The notes under the pieces: generated by a model
What the model was told of the DNA's origin: nothing
Databases searched by the model: none
Seen by the model: the letters and a program-made list of their open reading frames with translations, nothing else
Part shown: positions 36,254 to 43,919 of the stretch, piece by piece
How the letters are laid out: each line of letters opens with the position of its first letter
Numbering within the stretch: position 1 is the first letter of the stretch
Origin: an uncultured Syntrophaceae bacterium
Lineage (GTDB): Bacteria > Desulfobacterota > Desulfomonilia > Desulfomonilales > Desulfomonilaceae
Reading direction: 5' to 3'
NCBI GenBank assembly: GCA_964427855.1
Contig: CAYRVH010000001.1
Span: 21,649 to 85,648 of the forward strand
Length of the DNA: 64,000 bases
Program-made: the position numbers and the translations under genes

Positions 36254-36340
36254 TTACAACCCTCCGGTCATGGGCTGGCCGCCGAACGAATAGATCCTTC
36301 GAAAGTAATAATATGACTTGTGTATGACGCTGCGTTTCAT
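36254..36340 (-). CDS. Candidate 28-aa aromatic-rich leader peptide
   Basis: Own translation: MKRSVIHKSYYYFRRIYSFGGQPMTGGL*, with the YYYF run at 36302-36313. Lies between a good promoter and the terminator. No SD upstream. Confidence 0.4.
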   Translation of the reverse strand: MKRSVIHKSYYYFRRIYSFGGQPMTGGL

Positions 36341-36401
36341 TTTGGCGCTAAAGATTGTTTCTTGACCCACGACTTCTTTTCGTGCCCATCGTAGTGTGGA
36401 C

Positions 36402-36430
36402 TTTATACCGAATCGCTGGGGCCTTGTCAA
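36402..36430 (-). promoter_or_regulatory. Near-consensus sigma70 promoter (TTGACA-17-TATAAA) for the aroF leader
   Basis: rc of 36425-36430 is TTGACA. A 17-nt spacer follows, and rc of 36402-36407 is TATAAA. Confidence 0.55.
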
Positions 36431-36442
36431 TCGCTTTTTCGG

Positions 36443-36901
36443 CTATGCCTTGCCATTTGCTTCCTCTTCCCTATCGCAGTAGTGTGCAAACCAGAGCAGA
36501 GCGAGGCAGTACGATCGCCAGCCAAAGCCTGCGATGACCCCACGACAGACATCAGAGAGGAGCGAATGTCGCCGAAATTCCTCTCGACCGTGGGGATTCG
36601 TGAGGTGGACCTCGAGGACTGGTACGCCGCAGGCCGCTATCGCATCCCGTATTGCGATACTCGTATGGGTGTATGCCCCTGCATTCAATATTACCCCTCG
36701 GGCTTTGGTTCCGGCGGTCTGAATTATAGAGACGAGCTCTCCTTCGATATTCGATTGAAAAAAGTCGATATCGAGCTCGAGGCCTTTGGCCATTTCCGCC
36801 AGATCCGCCTCGATCTCAGGCAGAGTTTTCGTCCCATACAGCGCCGGCTCACGTGTGCCGAGCATGTTGAGGTTTGGTCCGTTGACGACAAATAACTTCA
36901 T
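36443..36901 (-). CDS. aroQ: 3-dehydroquinate dehydratase, type II
   Basis: MKLFVVNGPNLNMLGTREPALYG...NAGAYTHTSIAIRDA...EVHLTNPHGRE. ATG 36901 overlaps the aroC stop (ATGA). The 83 upstream codons in the track ORF are spurious. Confidence 0.9.
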   Translation of the reverse strand: MKLFVVNGPNLNMLGTREPALYGTKTLPEIEADLAEMAKGLELDIDFFQSNIEGELVSIIQTAGTKARGVILNAGAYTHTSIAIRDAIAACGVPVLEVHLTNPHGREEFRRHSLLSDVCRGVIAGFGWRSYCLALLWFAHYCDREEEANGKA

Positions 36902-37962
36902 CGGGATATTCCTACGGTTGCCTTGTGGGCAAGCCATGCATCCACAAGGGTAATGGCAGTCATGGCCTCGGCCACCGGCGCAATCCTCGGGCATAGACAA
37001 GGATCGTGCCGTCCTTTCACTGAGATGGCCGATGCACGGCCTCGGATGTCGATGGTCTTCTGAGGCTGTGAAATGGAGGCCGTCGGTTTGACGGCCAGTC
37101 TCATGACGATGGGTTGACCTGTGGAGATCCCGCCGAGAATGCCCCCGCAATGATTGGACAAGAAACCTGACTCTCCCATCTGGTCATTGTGTTCGGAACC
37201 TCTTTTCGTCGCAGAACCGAAGCCGTCGCCGAACTCGATGCCTTTGACGCCTCCTATGGAAAGCAGGGAGGCCGCCAGACTGGCATCGAGTTTCTCAAAA
37301 ACGGGGTCCCCAAGTCCTGCGGGCACACCCGCAGCGATTACTTCTATCACGCCACCTATGGAATCTCCGTCGGCGGCAACTCTCTTGACCTCGGTTTCCA
37401 TGGCCTGGGCGCACGCAGGGTCTGCGCAGCGAAGCGGGTGTTTCGCCGCGTAATCGGCATGAATTTCGTTTACCTTCACGCTCCCGATTTGTATCGTGTA
37501 CGCAGCGACGAGTGCTCCCAGATGTTCCTCAAGGATGCGTTTGGCGATGGCGCCGGCCGCTACTCTCCCCACGGTCTCCCTGCCGGAGGCGCGGCCTCCG
37601 CCCGGCTGCGGCGCTACCCCATATTTCTTGAAATAGGTGTAATCGGCATGTCCAGGGCGAAAAAGCTCGGCAATGTTGTTGTAATCCTCTGACCTTTGCC
37701 CTGTGTTTCGGACGATCATCGCGATGGGAGAGCCGAGAGTTTTTTCATTTACAACCCCGGAGAGGATTTCCACAGTATCGTCTTCCACGCGTGGTGACAC
37801 ATATTTGCTTAATCCGGGCCTGCGTTTGTCCAATTCGTCCTGAACATGCGTTGCCGAGACATGGATGCCTGAAGGGACGCCGTCCACAATTACCCCAACC
37901 GCAGGGCCATGTGATTCACCGAAGGTCGCTACACGAAAGAGTCGGCCGTACATGCTACCCAT
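36898..37962 (-). CDS. aroC: Chorismate synthase
   Basis: ...GRLFRVATFGESHGPAVG...GGRASGRETV...SISVKGRHDPC. Confidence 0.92.
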   Translation of the reverse strand: MGSMYGRLFRVATFGESHGPAVGVIVDGVPSGIHVSATHVQDELDKRRPGLSKYVSPRVEDDTVEILSGVVNEKTLGSPIAMIVRNTGQRSEDYNNIAELFRPGHADYTYFKKYGVAPQPGGGRASGRETVGRVAAGAIAKRILEEHLGALVAAYTIQIGSVKVNEIHADYAAKHPLRCADPACAQAMETEVKRVAADGDSIGGVIEVIAAGVPAGLGDPVFEKLDASLAASLLSIGGVKGIEFGDGFGSATKRGSEHNDQMGESGFLSNHCGGILGGISTGQPIVMRLAVKPTASISQPQKTIDIRGRASAISVKGRHDPCLCPRIAPVAEAMTAITLVDAWLAHKATVGISR

Positions 37963-39523
37963 GTGGCAACCTCTCTACTTCCTGTATCGCTTGTTCCAAC
38001 TCATCCGGCGTGACGTCATCTACAATAAGGGGATGGGCATCACCAGCGAGCAGGACGAATGTGATGTGACCGCCGGCGTTTTTCTTGTCGTTTCGCATGA
38101 TAGACCAAGCCTGGGGACCTCGAGGAAGCTCAACTCGTTGGGGTACGAAACACTCCAGGGTGGAGAGTACCTTGGTAGCTCGCGAAGGCCTCAAGAGGCC
38201 TCTTTGCAGCGAGAGCGATACGGCAACCATCATACCGAAAGCCACGGCCGCGCCGTGGCTCACTCGATAGCCATGTGCGCTTTCCACCGCATGCCCATAG
38301 GTATGTCCAAAATTCAAAATTCTCCTCAGCCCTGTGTCCTTGAAATCCTTTTTTACCACGCGGGCCTTGGCTGAGGCGGAGAGACGAATCACGTCAGTCA
38401 GCAGCAGCAAATCGCCTTTCAAGAGCTGATGCAACTCCTCTTCTACCAATGCGGCAAGCCCTGGTTCAGCGACGAGACCTGTTTTGTACGCCTCGACGAG
38501 CCCATCAATTATGTTTCTTGTCGGCAACGAGCTGATTGCACGCAAATCGAGGATCACAGCTTCAGGCGCGGTGAAACATCCGACCGCGTTCTTTACATCA
38601 TTGAGATTCACCGCAGCCTTGCCGCCAATCGCCGCGTCCACACATCCCACCAGCGAGGTTGATACCAGGATGAACGGGATGCCGCGTTTATACGTAGAAG
38701 CGACGAAAGCTCCCACGTCGGTGACGACGCCGCCGCCGATCGCTATCACGAAGCCCCCCCTCTCCAGATTGTATCTCAACATGGATTCATACAATCGCTT
38801 TACCGTTCCAAACGTCTTGCTGCGCTCTCCGGGCCGCAACGAAATGAGAGGGCAATTATCGAGTACGCCGTTCAACCGTGACCCGAGCGCCTTCTGAACC
38901 CGAGCGTCTGTTATCACAAACGCTTGTCCCTTGTGCATGTATGGGGAGAGCCTTTCTGAGAGTTTCCATGCGAGGACAAGATCGTGCCTCCGCCAGCCAA
39001 GCTGCACCGTTATGGATAATTCTGGCCGCATTGTTTCACAGATGCGCCACGCCGCATCATCGGGAGATGCCTTGCTCGTGTTCACTTGGACATCGTGATC
39101 AGCATACGCAGCAGCACGTCTTTCATAGAGAGCCCTTACCGCATTATTTTCCCTGCACAACGGGCGTGACGCCCCCGCGTCGTTTCTTACTCGTGCGAGG
39201 CACTCATCCAATGGCGTATGGAGGTACACGATCGCGCCTGACTTCCGCATGATGCGCCGATTTACGGCTCTTTCAGGGACGCCCCCGCCGGTGCTTATCA
39301 CCAGGCCGTTTTGACCGGCGAGACGCTCAAGGAGCCGCGTCTCCATATCTCGGAATTGATTCTCGCCTCGAGTTTCAAAAAATGAATGCACAGACATGCC
39401 TGATTCATTGGCGATCAATTCGTCCATGTCCACAAATGGGCGTCTCAATATATGCGCCAGACGGCTCCCCACGACGGTCTTTCCGGCGCCCATGAAACCA
39501 GTGATGTAAATGTTCCCTCTCAT
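37955..39523 (-). CDS. aroK/aroB: Fused shikimate kinase (N) / 3-dehydroquinate synthase (C)
   Basis: N-terminus MRGNIYITGFMGAGKTVVG (P-loop, AroK). C-terminus ...AIGGGVVTDVGAFVASTYKRGIPFILVSTSL...NFGHTYGHAVE (AroB). Confidence 0.9.
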   Translation of the reverse strand: MRGNIYITGFMGAGKTVVGSRLAHILRRPFVDMDELIANESGMSVHSFFETRGENQFRDMETRLLERLAGQNGLVISTGGGVPERAVNRRIMRKSGAIVYLHTPLDECLARVRNDAGASRPLCRENNAVRALYERRAAAYADHDVQVNTSKASPDDAAWRICETMRPELSITVQLGWRRHDLVLAWKLSERLSPYMHKGQAFVITDARVQKALGSRLNGVLDNCPLISLRPGERSKTFGTVKRLYESMLRYNLERGGFVIAIGGGVVTDVGAFVASTYKRGIPFILVSTSLVGCVDAAIGGKAAVNLNDVKNAVGCFTAPEAVILDLRAISSLPTRNIIDGLVEAYKTGLVAEPGLAALVEEELHQLLKGDLLLLTDVIRLSASAKARVVKKDFKDTGLRRILNFGHTYGHAVESAHGYRVSHGAAVAFGMMVAVSLSLQRGLLRPSRATKVLSTLECFVPQRVELPRGPQAWSIMRNDKKNAGGHITFVLLAGDAHPLIVDDVTPDELEQAIQEVERLPHG

Positions 39524-40341
39524 GATTTGAAACCTAATGGCTTGAGAAACAATCCTATATCGATCGTCTGGCCGGTCCAGACCAGAAAACTGCGTCTTGC
39601 CTGGGCTGCCAGCATGTACAGCCCGTCGACAAATCGGGCGTCATTCGATTGTGCGAGCTGGCGCCAAAAATTGCCCTTTCTCCCGTAATTGATATCTATC
39701 ACGGCGCGCAGTTGCTTAAAGCGGCCATGATCAGAAAATGGCTTCAGAAATTCCCGCGCTTGAGAGACGTCGGAAATGCTGGTGGTGTTTACCACAATTG
39801 TGCTCGCCTCGAGAGCCTTCATTGCGTCTTCAAACGGTACGGCCGTTCCCCCGAGTTGGGCGCAAAGTCCCAGGCTTTTCTGATACGTTCTATTAACCAC
39901 GATGATCGAGCTGCAGCCCCGGTCGATGAAACATTGAAGAACCGCCCGCGAGGCGCCGCCAGCGCCCAGGATACAAATATCAGCCTCCTCGAGCGAGAGC
40001 CCGTAATAATCAAGCAGATCGCTGAATCCTCCTCCGTCCGTATTGCAGCCTACGGCGCTCTCCTCATCAAACGTGATCGTGTTCACCGCCCCGATTTGAC
40101 TCGCGCATTCAGAGAGGTCGTCTAAGTAGGGGATAACGGCTTGCTTGTAAGGTACAGTGACGTTGACGCCTGCAAAAGAAGTCTGCTTCATGGCTTGTAT
40201 TGCTTTTTGCAAATCTGATCCGTCGATATTGAAGGCCAAGTACTTCGCGTCACTGCCAAGCGCCGCAAAAACCGATTCAAACATTACCGGCGACAGCGAT
40301 TTGTGGACCCTTTGGTCGCCAATCAACCCGTATGCCTTCAT
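39520..40341 (-). CDS. aroE: Shikimate dehydrogenase
   Basis: MKAYGLIGDQRVHKSLSPVMF...NVTVPYK...GAVNT...ILGAGGASRAV. ATG 40341 overlaps the aroA stop (ATGA). Confidence 0.88.
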   Translation of the reverse strand: MKAYGLIGDQRVHKSLSPVMFESVFAALGSDAKYLAFNIDGSDLQKAIQAMKQTSFAGVNVTVPYKQAVIPYLDDLSECASQIGAVNTITFDEESAVGCNTDGGGFSDLLDYYGLSLEEADICILGAGGASRAVLQCFIDRGCSSIIVVNRTYQKSLGLCAQLGGTAVPFEDAMKALEASTIVVNTTSISDVSQAREFLKPFSDHGRFKQLRAVIDINYGRKGNFWRQLAQSNDARFVDGLYMLAAQARRSFLVWTGQTIDIGLFLKPLGFKS

Positions 40342-41591
40342 GCCACAAGTCTCCTCAAGGTGTCCAAAAAGGTTGGGTATGAGATTGCCATGCATGATGT
40401 ATCATCTATGTTCAAAGGCGCGCCCGCCGCTACACACGCCACGGCCAATGTCATGGCTATTCGATGATCACCAAAACTTTGAAGACGTGCCGCTGGTTTC
40501 AGCGACACAGGGCCGCGCACAATCATGTCATTGCCAACAATTTCAATGTCAGCCCCCATTTTTCCCAGTTCGGAGGTAAGGGCGGCCGGTCTGTCGCTTT
40601 CTTTGATCCTCAGTTCGCGTATGTCTTTGAAGACTGACATGCCGTGAGCTTGCGTCGCCAGCAGGACGAGTAAAGGAATCTCGTCTATGAGAAGAGGCAT
40701 CTCTTCCTGGGTTACTGTTACAGGTTTTAGCCTGCCGTTGTATCGCACAGTGATATTTCCCCATGGTTCGGGGCTTTGGCCCGTGAGGTCCGCCTCCACG
40801 TGGATGCCCATGTCTTCAAATTTATCTAGGTACTTGATACGGGTTGGGTTCTGCACCACAGCCCTGGCTGTCACAATACTTTCGGGGACAAGCGCAGCAG
40901 CCCCGAGTAGAAAGGCGGCGGACGACGGGTCTCCTGGGACTCTGAACATGGGCGGAAGCGTCAACTCAGACTTCTCGATAAGCCAAGTCCCCGAACGCCT
41001 AAAGAGGCGCGCTCCACAAATTTCCAACAGCCGTTCCGTGTGGTCTCTGCTCTTCATTGGTTCGATGAGCTCGGTCTTGCCATCCGCTTGGGTTCCCGCT
41101 AAGAGGACGGCGCTCTTCAGCTGGGCGCTCGCTACAGGGAGCGTGTATTGGATGCCGTTCAACCGAGACCCGACAATCACCACCGGCGGAGCGCCCCTTG
41201 AGCTGCAAACGATACTGGCACCCATTTGTCTGAGCGGTTGGGCTGCCCGTTCCATAGGGCGTTTCATCAGAGATTCGTCCCCGTATAGCGTGAATGTTCC
41301 ATGCACGCCCGCGAGCATACCCATGAGCAGCCTGATAGTGGTACCGGAATTCCCGCAATCTACATCTACGCGATTCTTCAGCGAGCCCCCTGCGCCCTCT
41401 AGCATCACCTGTCCATCACTTAATGCCGTCTCAACCCCCAATGAACAGACTGCCCGCAATGAGGTAGTGCAATCCAAAGCTGTTGAAAAGTTCGTGACGA
41501 TGCACCGACCTTGGGCGAGGAGTGAAAAGAGAGCGATCCTATGGGATATGGATTTGTCTCCTGGTGGTTCAAAAGAGCCAAAAAGTCTCAT
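40338..41591 (-). CDS. aroA: 3-phosphoshikimate 1-carboxyvinyltransferase (EPSP synthase)
   Basis: MRLFGSFEPPGDKSISHRIALF...DCGNSGTTIRLL...DHRIAMT. GGAG lies 9 nt before ATG 41591. Confidence 0.92.
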   Translation of the reverse strand: MRLFGSFEPPGDKSISHRIALFSLLAQGRCIVTNFSTALDCTTSLRAVCSLGVETALSDGQVMLEGAGGSLKNRVDVDCGNSGTTIRLLMGMLAGVHGTFTLYGDESLMKRPMERAAQPLRQMGASIVCSSRGAPPVVIVGSRLNGIQYTLPVASAQLKSAVLLAGTQADGKTELIEPMKSRDHTERLLEICGARLFRRSGTWLIEKSELTLPPMFRVPGDPSSAAFLLGAAALVPESIVTARAVVQNPTRIKYLDKFEDMGIHVEADLTGQSPEPWGNITVRYNGRLKPVTVTQEEMPLLIDEIPLLVLLATQAHGMSVFKDIRELRIKESDRPAALTSELGKMGADIEIVGNDMIVRGPVSLKPAARLQSFGDHRIAMTLAVACVAAGAPLNIDDTSCMAISYPTFLDTLRRLVA

Positions 41592-41735
41592 GAACAACTA
41601 CTCCGTGTCATACAACAGTCTAAAAATTGCGAAAAATTTCAACGCCATGATTGGCCCCGACGGATTCAGGGCTAGACTGAACGCCCTCGATTCGTAATTC
41701 CGAGCTGCGCAATCCCATTTTGTCGCCTCTCCCTC

Positions 41736-41770
41736 AAAAAAACAAAAAGCCCACCGTGTCTGCGGTGGGC
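41736..41770 (-). terminator. Strong intrinsic terminator, about 830 nt downstream of the nearest same-strand gene
   Basis: Stem GCCCACCG/CGGTGGGC (41749-41756 / 41763-41770), followed on the minus strand by UUUUUGUUUUUUU. Confidence 0.6.
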
Positions 41771-42143
41771 CTCGTCGATCTCTCGTTCGCTCTATATGCT
41801 ACAACGCACCACACAACGCAGACCACACCGCCAGGGACAATTGGGCGCGCCAATAAAAATACCAGCTTGACGCGGCGGGGTTGTCTGTCATTGCTCTCTT
41901 CATTCTACCGTGTCCGTCCTGTGCTCATATCACCAGCTTCTTATTGTGTAGCATGCGATGGAGTGTACTGTCAATCCCCATGTTCACCAGGAGTTTCCCC
42001 GAAAAATTATGTAGCGAAGATGGGTAGTTGCAGAGCTGGCCCCGCTTTTGGCTTTGGTCAGGCCGTATGCCCTGTCCTGATCTGCCGAGGATGGCTTTGA
42101 TGCCGTATGCGAGGGCATATAGGGAGGCCTCTAAAATACTGAC

Positions 42144-42455
42144 GAATTCGATATCGTGGTCGTCATTTGGACCTCTTTCCTCCGTATCATTTCGAGCCGC
42201 CCCCCCTCTGTCGTTTCGAGCCGCCCCCTTCTGTCATTTCGAGCGAAGCGAGAAATCTTGGCCCAGCCAGAAAGATTTCTCAGTCGCAAGGCTCCTTCGA
42301 AACGACATGAATGTCGCGGCGTCTTCCTTTCAGTCGGGCTTCACTCCTTCGAAATGATAAGATTTCGGCACCCTGGCTCCATAGCGGCTTTCGAAAGTAC
42401 TTACTTACTCGATGATGCTGACCTCATTCCGACCGAAATTTCGACAACCGCTATA
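42144..42455 (+). repeat. Family-A composite hairpin repeat, copy A3
   Basis: Core 42233-42322 (GTCATTTCGAGCGAAGCGAGAAATCTTGGCCCAGCCAGAAAGATTTCTCAGTCGCAAGGCTCCTTCGAAACGAC...) is 90/91 identical to the reverse complement of 46849-46939. Confidence 0.8.
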
Positions 42456-42604
42456 ATTCTTGCGACACACCTATCTCGAAGACGACCAGAGCGTGCAGCA
42501 GGCGCATTCTGGAACCGTGGCCAGCAGAGGCGTGTACAAAATAAGCCGCATGAGATACCCAAGCCAGCGAAGGGGCGTCTCATGCGGCTTGGCGAGTTCG
42601 AGAC

Positions 42605-43396
42605 CTACTCCATGGGGTACGCATGCACCCAGAGCACGGCGCCAATCTCTACTTTTTTGTCTTTTCCTTGATACTGGATGGGCTTGTCTCCCTCGAGGAT
42701 TGCTGAAAAACCCCACCAGCCAGGCTTTGGCATGACAAATGAAAAGTATCCGTTGTCATTTGTCTTTACCACCTGGGCGACATGGGAATCAGTGGGCGCC
42801 TTTGTTTTTCCCTTGCCCCAAAATTCCACTTCAACTTCCACATCCGCAACAGGTTTCCCGTCTCTCTGCACCTGGCCGGTGAAGATGTTCCCGGCATAGA
42901 GACTGTATGGTCTTGTCAGCGGTACTATTTCAGCAGGCAAGCCAGCCTCTTTGGCAATGGGCTTGTCCCAGCCTTCTTCCGCTCCCAAACCGTCCACAAT
43001 GACCTTTGTGGCATGGACGATGAATTTGTCCTCAGCCGGTTCCCAGTAAGGCTGCGGCAGCATGAAGAAGATGTAGTCTGCCGGCCTTGTGATTTTGTAA
43101 TCGGCCTCCCACGTGGATTTCCCTTCCACCTTCTTTTCCTTTAATGTGTCGAGCAAATTCTGGACCTTGTCGCCCACCACCACGCCAAATTTTTCAGGTT
43201 TGTCGAGCTGCATTTGCGGCCCGCCCTCGAAGGGATGGGTGAACTGCAGCCAGAGGCCGATTTCTTTCTTATCATCCTTACCCACCACATCGTTGGACGG
43301 GATGATCATCCCAAAATGGGCCAAACTCATTTGAGCCGCAAGCATGACCAACAACGTGACGAGACTCAGTGTTCTGAACAAATAATGCGTCCACAT
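42605..43396 (-). CDS. DUF4198-type periplasmic metal (Ni/Co) uptake component (CbiK/COG5266-like)
   Basis: Signal peptide [34 protein letters not shown] start of the mature protein, and a beta-sandwich-like C-terminus (VEVEFW...NGYFSF). AGGAG RBS before ATG 43396. Confidence 0.7.
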   Translation of the reverse strand: MWTHYLFRTLSLVTLLVMLAAQMSLAHFGMIIPSNDVVGKDDKKEIGLWLQFTHPFEGGPQMQLDKPEKFGVVVGDKVQNLLDTLKEKKVEGKSTWEADYKITRPADYIFFMLPQPYWEPAEDKFIVHATKVIVDGLGAEEGWDKPIAKEAGLPAEIVPLTRPYSLYAGNIFTGQVQRDGKPVADVEVEVEFWGKGKTKAPTDSHVAQVVKTNDNGYFSFVMPKPGWWGFSAILEGDKPIQYQGKDKKVEIGAVLWVHAYPME

Positions 43397-43456
43397 GGTT
43401 ATTACTCCTTCTATTGTCAATCGTTGTGTTCAGCGTGAAGCGAAGGCCTGGCTCCC

Positions 43457-43873
43457 TCATCCATAATGCACCACATCCCAGAGCCGGTCAAAGCCCTCTT
43501 CTTCGTCTTTTTCTTGCTCTTCTTTTTCGCCCTCGTCCTCATCGTCTTCCCCTTTTTCCTCTCCGTTCCCATTGCCGTTCTTTTTCTGGACGGAAGAAGA
43601 TTTGGACCAGTCAACATATCTCAAATCGGGCTTGTCCGATTTGTCCCCGTTTCCTATTTTGCCCTTGTCTTTGTCGGCATCGCCGTTGCCTCTCGCCAGT
43701 CGAATGAACTGCGCATCTGAGCCGAGCTGACCAGTGAACATCGCCGCGGAAGAGACCTGGTGGTTCAGGATATGCGCCTGATGAGCGGCATTCGCGGTCA
43801 AGCCAGCTGAAAATTCTAAGGAAATAGCTATGCCAAGGGCCAGAAATATCATGAGAGCCTTACGTCTTTTCAT
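43457..43873 (-). CDS. Secreted low-complexity D/E/K/G-rich protein
   Basis: MKRRKALMIFLALGIAISLEFSAG... signal, then GNGDADKDKGKIGNGDKSDK...NGNGNGEEKGEDDEDEGEKEEQEKDEEEG. GGGAGGGAGG RBS. Confidence 0.5.
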   Translation of the reverse strand: MKRRKALMIFLALGIAISLEFSAGLTANAAHQAHILNHQVSSAAMFTGQLGSDAQFIRLARGNGDADKDKGKIGNGDKSDKPDLRYVDWSKSSSVQKKNGNGNGEEKGEDDEDEGEKEEQEKDEEEGFDRLWDVVHYG

Positions 43874-43919
43874 TCCGATTCCTCCCTCCCCTCTGTGAGG
43901 CAACAAAACGTGAGCGTGC

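Noticed and set aside
40687-41697. Long antisense ORFs (for example 40687-41697 +, 28202-29014 +, 61653-62528 +, 22235-22957 -, 23996-24535 -, 24887-25498 -, 32306-33193 +).
   Set aside because: Each lies entirely opposite a gene with a strong family signature, and their products are low-complexity and Arg/Ser/Pro-rich. These are typical shadow ORFs.
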